64,000 nt of DNA from the NCBI GenBank assembly GCA_963768055.1, contig CAVYGN010000002.1, positions 576,001-640,000 of the forward strand. The letters are read 5' to 3'. Under the pieces are notes generated by a model, which did no database searches, had not been told where the DNA came from, and saw nothing but the letters and a program-made list of their open reading frames with translations. The DNA comes from an uncultured Spirochaetota bacterium. GTDB taxonomy: Bacteria > Spirochaetota > Brevinematia > Brevinematales > JAOACQ01. Positions 37,858 through 48,356 of this stretch are shown here, piece after piece (the first letter of the stretch is position 1; the number at the start of each line of letters is the position of its first letter). The translations under genes and the position numbers were made by a program.

Positions 37858-39912
37858 TTATTTTGAAAGGTAATATTTTATCATAAATAGTGAAATATAA
37901 TTTTTAAGGGATTCGATGTCGGCGACTTTTTTGAAAGTCGATTCGGTTTTCATCATATCATTTGTCTCCCTTTTAACTATATCGGCCGTAACCTGTTTAA
38001 TAAACCCCAGCCTATGCTGTATTTTTGTCTTCACCATGTTAATATTTTCCTGCCTGGCTTCCGGATTAATCGTATGGTTCCATTTGCTTTCAAAATAAGT
38101 CAGCATATCATCCAGATTTTTCCCGCCTATAAGCTTCTGCTGCAGCGTCAACATCTGTTCCTTGATCATCTTAATTTTCTGTTTTTCCTTAATTGAGCCC
38201 TGATCCGGGGCTTCCTTCTTTTCAATATTTTTCGGTTTATCCTTTTTAGCTGCCAGTAGCTGTGAAAGTTTAGGCTGGTTCTTTTTTTCATACAGTTGAT
38301 TTTCAACAGCTTTATCCATATATTTCCCGAACCCGCTCAATAATTTCAAAATGAAGCCCAAAATTGGAATCCTGTAAATAAAAGGTATCCTGTTGTTGAC
38401 ATCCCTCAATATCTTATCCCAGCTGATCAAGAGGATGTCGCCAAGACTTTTCATATGCGGGACTTCATCATCGCGTGTCGGAGAATAAAAGAACCTATCG
38501 ATCCTTGATAAAACTTTAGGATCATTTTTGCCATAGAATTTCAACAGAGAATAAAGCAGTTCTGGTTCTTCAACTACCTGAACCACAACAGGGTCTTTCT
38601 TGTGAAAATAATCATTTACGAAATTATCAAAAAGATCCGGATTCCTTATTAATGGATCTTTCAAAATAGCCTCTTTTTCCTTATCCATCCTGTCATTCAG
38701 CTGTTTTTTCAAATCATATGCAATACTGTCAAGTTTTTCAAAGAAATTAGGTAATATATGAGATCTGTAAATAAACTTTTGTTCTTCGCCTTCTTTAACT
38801 TTGACAATTCTCGGCGGCACATCGATGCTTTCCGAAACTGTATATTTTTTAATAAGATCATTTACCAAATCGATATAATCCCTTTCCGAATGAAGTCTTA
38901 AATATGCATGCTTTTCACGCAACTGAAGTAGTTGCGCCTTGCTGAACAAAAGAGGGTATGATTCCATTATCTTTAATAAAACTTCCAGTGACTTGTCGGA
39001 ATGGGTTTTCTTTTGTATTTCATCGCTTTTGATAATGGACATATATTTAATGATTTCACTCGACTCGAAAATGGTTGATGTCTTTTCATTGAATAGCGAC
39101 ATATTCATTATTTCAGCCGCCAGGGCAGCCCATAAATTCGGATCGACGGTATTGGATTTCAATATCGCATCCATTTTATTTACCGAGGCAAGGCTCTGGA
39201 ATTGCTGTTTCAATTTTGAAAGAAGCAGCATAGCCATATCATGGTTTCTTGTAAGGTGCTTCCTTAGCTTATCGAAAGCTAATTCTACCAGAAAAGGCAG
39301 GTCTTCGGAAAGAACTATGATGTCGTTATTTGATGGAAATATGATTTTAACAAGCGGCGCACCTTTGGATAGTTCATTTATCTTCTGCTGGGTCAATTCA
39401 CGAATAGAAATAACCGAGAGAACTTTGCTCGACAACCCGGTCTTGGGAATAAAATCACCGGTTATAAATGGTTTCTCAGCGTCCTTTTTGATAATTATAT
39501 ATTCGTTTTTCAATTTGTTTATTAATGCCTGAACTTCCTCAGGTTTCAAGGTTTGAGGATCGAACAGGATCAATGCTGTAATTTTATTATCTTTAACATC
39601 CGATCTGCAGTAATTTTTTTTATGAAGATAATAATAAACCTTCCTTAGCAGAGAGACTATATTGTCTTCAACTTTAAGCGCGTTTGTATTTGTACGCAAT
39701 CCGTATTCATAAAGATATTTATAAAATTCCTGCAGCGGTATATATGCTGTCTTATACTTATCGGAGTATTCCGCAATCGCCAGAAAAACCGCAAGCTCGT
39801 TTTTATCCATAATACCAAGGTCATTGGAAATTTCCAATTTCTGCCTCTCATCATATGAGACCCAACCTGGAATATCCCTGTATTCTTTTTGAATGGAGGC
39901 GCTTGATTCCAT
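37858..39912 (-). CDS. Large hypothetical protein (684 aa)
   Basis: Long ORF with GAGG RBS and upstream consensus promoter; no recognisable motif. Confidence 0.85.
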   Translation of the reverse strand: MESSASIQKEYRDIPGWVSYDERQKLEISNDLGIMDKNELAVFLAIAEYSDKYKTAYIPLQEFYKYLYEYGLRTNTNALKVEDNIVSLLRKVYYYLHKKNYCRSDVKDNKITALILFDPQTLKPEEVQALINKLKNEYIIIKKDAEKPFITGDFIPKTGLSSKVLSVISIRELTQQKINELSKGAPLVKIIFPSNNDIIVLSEDLPFLVELAFDKLRKHLTRNHDMAMLLLSKLKQQFQSLASVNKMDAILKSNTVDPNLWAALAAEIMNMSLFNEKTSTIFESSEIIKYMSIIKSDEIQKKTHSDKSLEVLLKIMESYPLLFSKAQLLQLREKHAYLRLHSERDYIDLVNDLIKKYTVSESIDVPPRIVKVKEGEEQKFIYRSHILPNFFEKLDSIAYDLKKQLNDRMDKEKEAILKDPLIRNPDLFDNFVNDYFHKKDPVVVQVVEEPELLYSLLKFYGKNDPKVLSRIDRFFYSPTRDDEVPHMKSLGDILLISWDKILRDVNNRIPFIYRIPILGFILKLLSGFGKYMDKAVENQLYEKKNQPKLSQLLAAKKDKPKNIEKKEAPDQGSIKEKQKIKMIKEQMLTLQQKLIGGKNLDDMLTYFESKWNHTINPEARQENINMVKTKIQHRLGFIKQVTADIVKRETNDMMKTESTFKKVADIESLKNYISLFMIKYYLSK

Positions 39913-39956
39913 AAAGACCTCTATTACCCGGCGATTATTATTAAAAGTTCCTTATT

Positions 39957-39985
39957 ATTTTAGTGATATTAATAAGTATTGTCAA
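39957..39985 (-). promoter_or_regulatory. sigma70 promoter for the 684-aa hypothetical gene
   Basis: TTGACA-N17-TAAAAT on the minus strand. Confidence 0.6.
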
Positions 39986-40069
39986 AGAGAATGCAAAATA
40001 TTGAAACTTTTTCAGCCATAGAATATATTTAATGGGTGCTTCAGTTGTAAAGTTTAAAAGGAGCGGTTA

Positions 40070-41320
40070 ATGACGGTTCAAAAATCATATATTGAAGAAA
40101 TTGCCAGGAAGGCAAAAGAAACATCTTACGAGATAGCTTTAAAAGGAACAAATGAAAAAAATGCGCTTCTTTATAGTTTTGCCGATGAATTGACAAAAAA
40201 CCATGAATTCATTATTGAAGAAAATAAAAAAGACATATCCTTCGCAACCAAAAACGAAAAGAGCAAAGCTTTTATAGACCGCCTGACCCTGAACAAAAAA
40301 CGAATCGAAGCGATGGCTAACACGGTCAGAGAAATCGCCTTGCAACCTGATCCAACAGGAGGAGGCTACATAATTACAAGGCCGAACGGACTTAAAATAA
40401 TGAAAATAAGAGTCCCGATCGGGGTTGTCGCTATAATATATGAATCAAGGCCTAATGTGACAAGCGATATCGCCGCTATGGCTATTAAATCAGGAAATTC
40501 GGTGATTCTCAGGGGAGGTAAAGAATCGCTTCAGTCGAATTGCGCTATTGTGGGGTCAGTTCATACCGTAATGAAAAAAAACGGTTTTCCGACTGATTCC
40601 GTTCAGTTGCTTGAAAAAACCGATTATGAAATTTTAGCTGAATTATTAAGGATGAACAATTATTTAGATGTTGTCATACCCAGGGGCGGAGAAAATCTGA
40701 TTAAATTTGTAGATGAACATTCAATGATTCCTGTAATAAAGCATGATAAAGGTATCTGCCATGTTTACATTGATGAAAGCGCCGAGAAAAATAAAGCGGA
40801 AAAAATCATTATTAACGCTAAGGTCCAGAAACCCTCCGTCTGCAACTCTGCTGAAACATTATTGATCCATGAAAAATATCCGTATACGAAAAGCCTGATC
40901 CAGGCCCTGATCGATAGCGGAGTCGAAATCGTAGGAGACAGCGGTATTCTTAAATTATTCCCACAATTGAAACCGGCGACGGATGCAGATTGGTATACTG
41001 AGTATCTTGACCTTAAAATTTCAGCTAAAATAGTAAATGACGTTGATGAAGCGATTAACCATATTAATCACTACGGATCTCATCATTCCGATGCAATTGT
41101 CAGTGAAAGTTACAAAAACATACAGAAGTTTTTGGACAGGGTTGACAGTGCAGCTGTTTACGCTAACGCTTCAACCAGGTTTACCGATGGCGGCGAATTC
41201 GGACTGGGTGCAGAGGTTGGAATTTCTACTCAGAAAATCCATGGGAGGGGCCCTATGGGGCTTGAAGGGCTTACTACGGAAAAATGGGTGGTTTACGGGG
41301 ACGGGCAGGTCAGGGAATAG
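40070..41320 (+). CDS. proA: Gamma-glutamyl phosphate reductase
   Basis: IIYESRPNVT, LRGGKE, VCNSAE, NASTRFTDGGEFGLGAEVGISTQK. Confidence 0.97.
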   Translation: MTVQKSYIEEIARKAKETSYEIALKGTNEKNALLYSFADELTKNHEFIIEENKKDISFATKNEKSKAFIDRLTLNKKRIEAMANTVREIALQPDPTGGGYIITRPNGLKIMKIRVPIGVVAIIYESRPNVTSDIAAMAIKSGNSVILRGGKESLQSNCAIVGSVHTVMKKNGFPTDSVQLLEKTDYEILAELLRMNNYLDVVIPRGGENLIKFVDEHSMIPVIKHDKGICHVYIDESAEKNKAEKIIINAKVQKPSVCNSAETLLIHEKYPYTKSLIQALIDSGVEIVGDSGILKLFPQLKPATDADWYTEYLDLKISAKIVNDVDEAINHINHYGSHHSDAIVSESYKNIQKFLDRVDSAAVYANASTRFTDGGEFGLGAEVGISTQKIHGRGPMGLEGLTTEKWVVYGDGQVRE

Positions 41321-41323
41321 TCA

Positions 41324-42001
41324 ATGAAGCGCAAGGTCGGTATCTTGGGCGGCTCTTTTAACCCTCCTCATAATGCACATATTTTACTGGGAAATTCCGC
41401 ATTTAAATATTTAAAACTTCAATCGCTTATATATATACCGACCCACATTCCCTCTCACAAAACTATTAAAGATGGCTGGAGCGGCCCTATCAGGTCGCTT
41501 ATGATCAAACTGGCTGTATTTCATATAACCCCTGCTGAAGCCCTTAACTCCATTAAATTATTAACGGTTTCTGAAGAAAAAATCGGTACCTTTTTTTCCC
41601 TGTACGAAGATTTATATCACAGGTTCCACAGGGATGAAATTTCTGTGTCGGATTTGGAAATTAAAAGTGATCATGTCTCATATACAATAGATACGATAAA
41701 AAATTTATTAGGTTCAAATCCCGATTGGGTCCTGTTTATTATTATCGGGATGGACCAGGCAAAAATTCTGGATTCCTGGAAAGATTACCTTGAACTTTCT
41801 TCTCTGGCCAGGTTTTGCGCTGCAGACAGGGAAGGCATTAAAACTGAAGAAGTTAAAAAGCGTTTCCCCTTTATAGAATTTTTCCCATTCCCAAAAATCG
41901 ATATTTCTTCATCATTAATCAGAAAAAATATCAATTCAGGGCGAAAAATCACCGGGCTGGTACCCCCGATAATCGAAGAGTTTATCGAACTTATGAAATA
42001 A
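41324..42001 (+). CDS. nadD: Nicotinate-nucleotide adenylyltransferase (with internal insertion)
   Basis: GGSFNPPHNAH, SYTIDT, IIGMD, ISSSLIR; follows proA. Confidence 0.88.
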   Translation: MKRKVGILGGSFNPPHNAHILLGNSAFKYLKLQSLIYIPTHIPSHKTIKDGWSGPIRSLMIKLAVFHITPAEALNSIKLLTVSEEKIGTFFSLYEDLYHRFHRDEISVSDLEIKSDHVSYTIDTIKNLLGSNPDWVLFIIIGMDQAKILDSWKDYLELSSLARFCAADREGIKTEEVKKRFPFIEFFPFPKIDISSSLIRKNINSGRKITGLVPPIIEEFIELMK

Positions 42002-42090
42002 TGCCCTAACTTCCCATAACAATGGGATTGTATTTTTTCTATAGATTATCTTATAATTTACATCGCAGTTAATTATTACAAGGAGCCGGC

Positions 42091-43353
42091 ATGAATAAAT
42101 ACGTTATCAATGGCAAATGCAAACTGTCCGGTGAAGTTTTCATAAGCGGCTCCAAAAACGCGTCGCTTCCTATAATGGCAGCCTCCCTTCTGACTTCTGA
42201 AATGATAACCCTGCAAAACGTACCTGATTTGATGGATATAGCTACAATGAAGGAACTTCTGACACTCCTCGGAAAGAAAATCAGCTACGGTGACGGTTCA
42301 ATAATCATTGAAGAAACTGACCCTTCCCCTTTCGAAGCCCCATATGAGATCTTCAGGAAAATGAGAGCCTCAATTGCAGTTATGGGCCCTCTTCTTGCAA
42401 GAAAAAGAAAAGCAAAAATATCATTTCCCGGCGGGTGCGCTATTGGTCCAAGGCCTATAGACCTCCATATCCAGGGGATGAGATCGCTCGGCGCCGACCT
42501 TCGTATTGAGCATGGATACATCTGGGCACAATCCGACGAACTGATCGGTAAAAAAATAAATCTTTTAGGCAATAACGGACCCAGTGTCGGCGCAACCGAA
42601 AATGTAATGTCAGCCGCCGTTTTGGCTAAAGGTATGACTATAATAGAAGGGGCAGCTTGTGAACCCGAGGTGGAAGATCTCGCTGCTTTTTTAACTGCAA
42701 TGGGTGCAAAAATAAGCGGCGCCGGAACAACTACAATCGTAATCGAGGGTGTTCGTGAATTGCATGGTGCCCGGCACAGGATAATACCAGACCGCATAGA
42801 AGCCGGCACGTTTATCGCGGCCGCCGGTATTTCCGGCAGCGAAATACATTTAAGAAATGTGAATGCGGCTCACATAGAAAAACCTATCGAAATTTTATCT
42901 CTTGCCGGTGTAGAAATCGAGATTCTTTCCAATGATCATATTATCGCAAGAGGCAAATCAATAAAACCAGTGGAAGTGGACACAAGACCTTATCCTTTCT
43001 TCCCGACAGATCTCCAGGCACAATTGATGGCACTTCTCTGTGTGAGTGAAGGTATCAGTATAATAACTGAAAAAATATTTCCCGACAGGTTTATGCACGC
43101 CGCCGAATTAAGCCGTATGGGAGCCGATATTAAAGTTGACGGAGCAATCGCCGTAATCAAGGGAGTAAAGAGTCTTTCAGGTGCATCGGTTATGGCTTCC
43201 GATTTAAGGGCAGGAGCCGGACTTGTAGTTGGCGCTCTTTGCGCTAATGGGCAAAGCGAAATTTTAAGGATATATCATTTAGACAGGGGTTACGAAAGAT
43301 TAGAGGAAAAGCTGAGAAACCTGGGGGTCGATATTAAAAGGATACCGCAATAA
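42091..43353 (+). CDS. murA: UDP-N-acetylglucosamine 1-carboxyvinyltransferase
   Basis: SGSKNASLP, PGGCAIGPRPIDLH, DRIEAGT, FPTDLQAQ, DLRAG. Confidence 0.97.
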   Translation: MNKYVINGKCKLSGEVFISGSKNASLPIMAASLLTSEMITLQNVPDLMDIATMKELLTLLGKKISYGDGSIIIEETDPSPFEAPYEIFRKMRASIAVMGPLLARKRKAKISFPGGCAIGPRPIDLHIQGMRSLGADLRIEHGYIWAQSDELIGKKINLLGNNGPSVGATENVMSAAVLAKGMTIIEGAACEPEVEDLAAFLTAMGAKISGAGTTTIVIEGVRELHGARHRIIPDRIEAGTFIAAAGISGSEIHLRNVNAAHIEKPIEILSLAGVEIEILSNDHIIARGKSIKPVEVDTRPYPFFPTDLQAQLMALLCVSEGISIITEKIFPDRFMHAAELSRMGADIKVDGAIAVIKGVKSLSGASVMASDLRAGAGLVVGALCANGQSEILRIYHLDRGYERLEEKLRNLGVDIKRIPQ

Positions 43354-43355
43354 GG

Positions 43356-43868
43356 TCAAGGAAGAATTTCGACCGGAGTTTTGACTTTAATAAACCCTTT
43401 AAGATCCCGTATATCATTATTATGCAGGCGAATGCATCCTTCAGAAGCCATCGTTCCGATGGAAGAATCATCATGCGTACCATGAATTCCATAACCGATC
43501 CATCCTTTACCGCTTTTTGTACTGTCCTTCCCGGTATATAACCTTAGAAACCATGGCCCATATGCACCCTTAATCGGACCTTTTCCATCACCGAAGTCAT
43601 GGGTCCAGGTTCTGGAATCCTGTATCTGAATTATATAAAAATTGCCTTCCGGGGTCCTTTTATCACCAGTCTTAACTTTATCCCCAGGATTTTTACCTAC
43701 CGCTACCTGATATTCCTTTATTAGATCAGCCCCTTTATAAAGATAAAGTTTGTACTCATGTTTTACAATGACTATCTTCAAAGCTCCTTCATTGTCAGGG
43801 AAAATAAAAGTAACCGGTAAAAGGATCAATAAAAAAATAAAAAAAATATTTAATTTTCCTTTCATCAT
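43356..43868 (-). CDS. L,D-transpeptidase (YkuD family), exported
   Basis: KRTPEG, GIHGT...SEGCIRL catalytic motif; signal peptide. Confidence 0.92.
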   Translation of the reverse strand: MMKGKLNIFFIFLLILLPVTFIFPDNEGALKIVIVKHEYKLYLYKGADLIKEYQVAVGKNPGDKVKTGDKRTPEGNFYIIQIQDSRTWTHDFGDGKGPIKGAYGPWFLRLYTGKDSTKSGKGWIGYGIHGTHDDSSIGTMASEGCIRLHNNDIRDLKGFIKVKTPVEILP

Positions 43869-44001
43869 TTAACCTCTTCGGCTGGTATTTTAATGTATAA
43901 GGGATGGAAAATCAATTTCGGGAGCTTTTAATATGTGAAATCAGGGTAAGCTACATCTAATAATTCATATCGGAATTAATTAACATTTTATTACAGTTTT
44001 C

Positions 44002-45057
44002 ATGTTTGGGGGGCCGGTTATGTCAGGTCAAAAGAAATCTATACTGCTGATTGATGACAAAAATGAATCATTTCAGTTCATAACAAAATCCCTTCAAGAA
44101 AATGGTTACGATGTAATAAAGACAGTAAGCGGAGAAAATACAAAAGAAATCCTCGGCGGGCCCGGGAAAATCAATTTAATATTATTAACTATAAATCAGG
44201 ATATAGGGCTTAAGTGGACCGAATCTGTCAGGGAAATACTTAGCGAGCATGATATTCCGGTTATTTTCTTATTGGACCGGTTTCAAGATAATATATTCGA
44301 AAGCACAGCCGGACTCTACTGTTATGGTTATGTAATGAAAGAGAATGCCGACGCCGTTTTGCTTTCAACTATTAATGCGGCCCTGAATTTCAGTGAAATA
44401 CGATTGAATAAATACCTTTCAAATGAAATAAACGCAAAAAAAGCACTGGAGGGGAAGGAAGTACTATTAAAGGAACTGCAGCATCGTGTTAAAAACAGTC
44501 TGTCTATAATCAACGCTATGATAGGTATGGAATTAAACAGTCAGACTTTCCCGTCCACACAAGTAATTCTCAAAGACCTTAGGAGCAGAATAAATTCACT
44601 GGCAAAATTATACGATCTGCTTTATCAGAGCCAGGAGATAGCACAAATCCAATTGAAAGAATATATTGAAAATTTATGCCGTTCCACAATTGATGTATAT
44701 ACTTCAGAAAGGGGGCTCATAGACCTTAATTTCGATCTGGATGAAATATCAATTGATATCAGTAAAGCAATACATTTGGGTTTAATATTAAATGAATTGC
44801 TTATTAATTCCCTGAAATTCGCTTTCACACAGGGCCAAAAGGGGAATATTAAAATCTTTCTTAAAAAAATCGATCCTATGATTACCTTGATAGTATCTGA
44901 CAACGGTAAAGGCCTGCCCGAGGGGATGACTAATTTAGAAAACCATCACGGGCTGGGCCTGGAGATAATCTCTCTTATAACATCACATCTGGGCGGTAAT
45001 ATAAAATATAATTACAGTAACGGATCTGAATTCCGGATTGAAATTCCCTCTATTTAG
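44002..45057 (+). CDS. Receiver-like domain plus HisKA_2/HWE-type histidine kinase
   Basis: ILLIDD receiver start; ELQHRVKN H-box; NELLINSLKFAF, DNGKG, GLGL. Confidence 0.88.
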   Translation: MFGGPVMSGQKKSILLIDDKNESFQFITKSLQENGYDVIKTVSGENTKEILGGPGKINLILLTINQDIGLKWTESVREILSEHDIPVIFLLDRFQDNIFESTAGLYCYGYVMKENADAVLLSTINAALNFSEIRLNKYLSNEINAKKALEGKEVLLKELQHRVKNSLSIINAMIGMELNSQTFPSTQVILKDLRSRINSLAKLYDLLYQSQEIAQIQLKEYIENLCRSTIDVYTSERGLIDLNFDLDEISIDISKAIHLGLILNELLINSLKFAFTQGQKGNIKIFLKKIDPMITLIVSDNGKGLPEGMTNLENHHGLGLEIISLITSHLGGNIKYNYSNGSEFRIEIPSI

Positions 45058-45232
45058 CATGAGAGAACACATAGTAAAGACAAAACCCGCCGATTAAAAA
45101 AAATAATAAAAGTGTGATTGCAGGCGGTATTTCATCCCGGAATGGATTACCTAAAATTAGCTGGTGAATTACAAAAAAACCAACAATTGCAGAAAAAAGG
45201 ATTGAAATTATTTTCGGAGCACTTAATCTCAT
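45050..45232 (-). CDS. Small two-TM membrane protein
   Basis: 60 aa, two hydrophobic segments, 2 bp downstream of TPR gene. Confidence 0.6.
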   Translation of the reverse strand: MRLSAPKIISILFSAIVGFFVIHQLILGNPFRDEIPPAITLLLFFLIGGFCLYYVFSHAK

Positions 45233-45234
45233 CC

Positions 45235-46599
45235 TTATATGCCTGCCTGCTTAAAAACAGCGGTCAGTTTCTGCCTGTCATATAGGTCTACAGGCCTGTT
45301 CTCCGAATATCTGATTGCCTGAGGAGTGAATTTACCTGTTGTAATAAAAATAGCCCTTATGCCATGGACAAGCTTGAGATTTTCGACAAGTTTTGCAACC
45401 TGATCCTCATTTACATCATCATTATCCCTGGAAATTCTTATAAGCACCTTTCCACCCCTGACGTCGCGAAATCTCATGCTTCTTTCCATTCCCACGATCT
45501 CGAGGTGATCATCATCAATCATAGAACTCTCCAGAGTTTCGTACCCCATTGATTTTAAAAGATTCTGACTGATGATCTCGAATGTGGTCGGGGTCGACGT
45601 CAGGAGATCTTTCAACTTATCATCAACCCTGAGGTCTTCATATTCGGCAAGTTTGGCCTGAACATCCTGATAATTAGGCCTGAGCTGGGCGACTTTTTCC
45701 CATTGTTCCACCGCTTCAACAAGACGGCGCTCTTTTTCATAAGTTATTCCCAGAGTATAATGTATGGCTATCGTTGTGTTGTTCTCCTCGTTGGAATATT
45801 TCAGGGCCCTTTCAAAATCTGCCTTTGCTCCCTCCAATTCACCTACCTCAAGCTTGCAGAGGCCTTTCTGATATATAGCCTTAACTTTAAGCTGATTGTC
45901 TTTCGTCTGTTCGGCTATGTCCAGTTCCTGAACCGCTTTTCCAAATGTATTCATGACTTTTAGAATTATTCCAATATAATAATGGGCTTCGGGGTTTTTA
46001 GGGTCAAGCCTTACACAGTTTGTAAAAGCATTCAGGGCCTCGTTAGTCCGGCTCATTTCATAATAGATTTTCCCGATCAGAAAAAAAACATCAGAAGAGC
46101 TCTTACCGGATTTTAATGCCTTGTCAAGATAGGAAAGGGCCTGCTCTTTCATTCCCCTGTCGTAAAATATATTTCCGATCTGGTAAAGATACTCAAAATT
46201 ATGGGGCTCAAGTTTTGAAAGAATTACAAATTCTTTTTGCGCTTCCTCAAGCTGGCCGAATTTCATATAAATATCGGCCAGACGTTTTCTTATTATCTTT
46301 TCTGTTGCCGATCCGTTGAAATGACCTGTTGTAATAACCTGTTTATATTCGACCATCGCCATTTCATTATTGTTAGTAAAATAATAGGCTTCAGCCAGAT
46401 AAAGGTGGGCAAGAGGGTTCCTGTCGTCCTTTTTCATCATCGTATTTAAATTGTTCACAGCCTGTTCATATTTCCCGGCCTCAAGAAGGGCTTTTACAGA
46501 ATCCAGCTTATGGGGACCTATCAAATTCTGGAATAAATAAAGAATCCCGAGGCTGGCTATAAGCAGAATCAGGGATATGATTATTAAACTTTCAAACAT
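45235..46599 (-). CDS. Membrane-anchored TPR protein with C-terminal Mrr-like restriction-endonuclease-fold domain
   Basis: N-terminal TM, multiple TPRs, FE.....L..MGY and AIFITTGKFTPQA...VDLYD. Confidence 0.8.
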   Translation of the reverse strand: MFESLIIISLILLIASLGILYLFQNLIGPHKLDSVKALLEAGKYEQAVNNLNTMMKKDDRNPLAHLYLAEAYYFTNNNEMAMVEYKQVITTGHFNGSATEKIIRKRLADIYMKFGQLEEAQKEFVILSKLEPHNFEYLYQIGNIFYDRGMKEQALSYLDKALKSGKSSSDVFFLIGKIYYEMSRTNEALNAFTNCVRLDPKNPEAHYYIGIILKVMNTFGKAVQELDIAEQTKDNQLKVKAIYQKGLCKLEVGELEGAKADFERALKYSNEENNTTIAIHYTLGITYEKERRLVEAVEQWEKVAQLRPNYQDVQAKLAEYEDLRVDDKLKDLLTSTPTTFEIISQNLLKSMGYETLESSMIDDDHLEIVGMERSMRFRDVRGGKVLIRISRDNDDVNEDQVAKLVENLKLVHGIRAIFITTGKFTPQAIRYSENRPVDLYDRQKLTAVFKQAGI

Positions 46600-46631
46600 G
46601 CTTTGCTTCCCCTTTTATCCGAGGATATATT

Positions 46632-48341
46632 TTATAATTGAGATAAATAATTATCAACAGTTGACATATTTTTGTAGTTTGGAAATTTTGCTTTAATTTC
46701 CTGTAAAACAGCTTTCGCATCATCAGATTTGTTCAGTTTGATATAGGATTCCGCAAGCTGCAGATCGGTATCGGGATCTTCTTTCAATTTTCTTCCCTTA
46801 TCAAAAGCAGAAGCAGCTTCATCATATAAACCGCTTTTCATATATGCAGCTCCCATGCCCTTGTATGCGATATCTGAATTTGAGTCAAGGTCCAGGGCCT
46901 TTTTGAAATATTTCAGAGCATTATCATAATTTTCCTCTTTCAGGTATATTGATCCGAGATATTTATATATTTCGGGATCATTCGGGTTCAGCTGGAGGGC
47001 TTTATTATAAGAATTTTCAGCCTCAGAATATTGTTTTAATTCAATATAACTGTTTCCCATGTTAATAAACGCATTCGTATATGAAATATCTTTATCAATA
47101 ACCTCTGAGTAAACTTTTATTGCGTTTCCATAATCCTTATTCATAGCAAGCATTCTCCCGTAATTATAGGAGGAATCGATATTATCCTTATTGATATCGT
47201 TTGCTTTTTTATAAACCTTCATGGCGTCCCCGAACCTTCCAAGTTCTTCGTAAGATTTGCCCAACTTGACATACGCTCCATCGTTTTTCGGATCTATTTC
47301 TACGCTTTTTTCAAGAAATCTTACAGATTTTTCATAGTCTTTATGATTGGCGTAAATTTGCCCTATCATAATAAGCGGTTTAGGGTCTTCCGGGTTTTTC
47401 TTGACCGCATCCTGAAATGTCCTCAATGCGCTGTTGTCATCCCCAAGTCTGATAAAAGCAATACCCAGGTCATTATAAGCTTTCGTATAATCCGCGTCAA
47501 GAGCGATGCATTTCTGGAACTCGATCTCTGCCAGGCTATTCATCATTTTCATCAAATATATTTTACCCATAAGGAAATGAGCTTCAGCATTATCGTAATT
47601 ATCGGCAATCGCGGCCTTGAATTGTTCGAGAGAATCATCATATGATTGTTTATCATAAAGGATCTTACCGTTAGTATTATGGGCTACGCCATTATTGGGG
47701 TCTTTATTTAAAGCATCCCTTGTTTTATTTATCGCATTCTGAATGTTGTTCATTTTGTAGTAAGTAAGCCCCTGGTATGCGTCAGCGTCAGCGTTTGACG
47801 GATCAATATTTCCGGCGGTCACGAACTCCTTAAGGGCTTCATTATAATTTCCTGCGTTCAGGTATTTCTTTCCGTTCTCAATATGCTGTTTGGCCAGGTC
47901 TTCCTTAGGAAAATTATTTTTTATTTGATTGGTTAAAATCGGCTTTTCCTTACCTATTGATGAATTTTGTGATGAATTTTGATCGGGAATTTTATTAATA
48001 TAATTATTCACAATATTCGGTTTTTCCTTATTTTCACTGTTCTTCTGGAGGACAAGGACCTTTTTCCTCATCTGTTCTATCCGTGGATCGGAGGGATCTT
48101 CCATATACGCTTTGTCAAGATTATCCAGCGCCCTCTGGTACGATTCGTCATTCATATATTTATCCGCTAGAGTGATATACTTTTCCAGATTGATCTTCTT
48201 CATCATATAATATCCGGCAGGGATAGCAATAAGGGCAAAACCTATTAAACAGGCCCAGATCAGAACTTTATAATTACGCACCTTTTTTTTAGCCGGTGTT
48301 CCTACGGCTCTTCTCATTTTCTGGTTTTTAGTATCCGGCAT
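46632..48341 (-). CDS. Membrane-anchored multi-TPR protein
   Basis: TM followed by many 34-aa repeats (A...DP.N..AY..LG..Y). Confidence 0.9.
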   Translation of the reverse strand: MPDTKNQKMRRAVGTPAKKKVRNYKVLIWACLIGFALIAIPAGYYMMKKINLEKYITLADKYMNDESYQRALDNLDKAYMEDPSDPRIEQMRKKVLVLQKNSENKEKPNIVNNYINKIPDQNSSQNSSIGKEKPILTNQIKNNFPKEDLAKQHIENGKKYLNAGNYNEALKEFVTAGNIDPSNADADAYQGLTYYKMNNIQNAINKTRDALNKDPNNGVAHNTNGKILYDKQSYDDSLEQFKAAIADNYDNAEAHFLMGKIYLMKMMNSLAEIEFQKCIALDADYTKAYNDLGIAFIRLGDDNSALRTFQDAVKKNPEDPKPLIMIGQIYANHKDYEKSVRFLEKSVEIDPKNDGAYVKLGKSYEELGRFGDAMKVYKKANDINKDNIDSSYNYGRMLAMNKDYGNAIKVYSEVIDKDISYTNAFINMGNSYIELKQYSEAENSYNKALQLNPNDPEIYKYLGSIYLKEENYDNALKYFKKALDLDSNSDIAYKGMGAAYMKSGLYDEAASAFDKGRKLKEDPDTDLQLAESYIKLNKSDDAKAVLQEIKAKFPNYKNMSTVDNYLSQL

Positions 48342-48356
48342 ATAAAACTCCTAATA

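Noticed and set aside
42420..42460. Fosfomycin-resistant MurA
   Set aside because: Active-site Cys is retained (GGCAIG)
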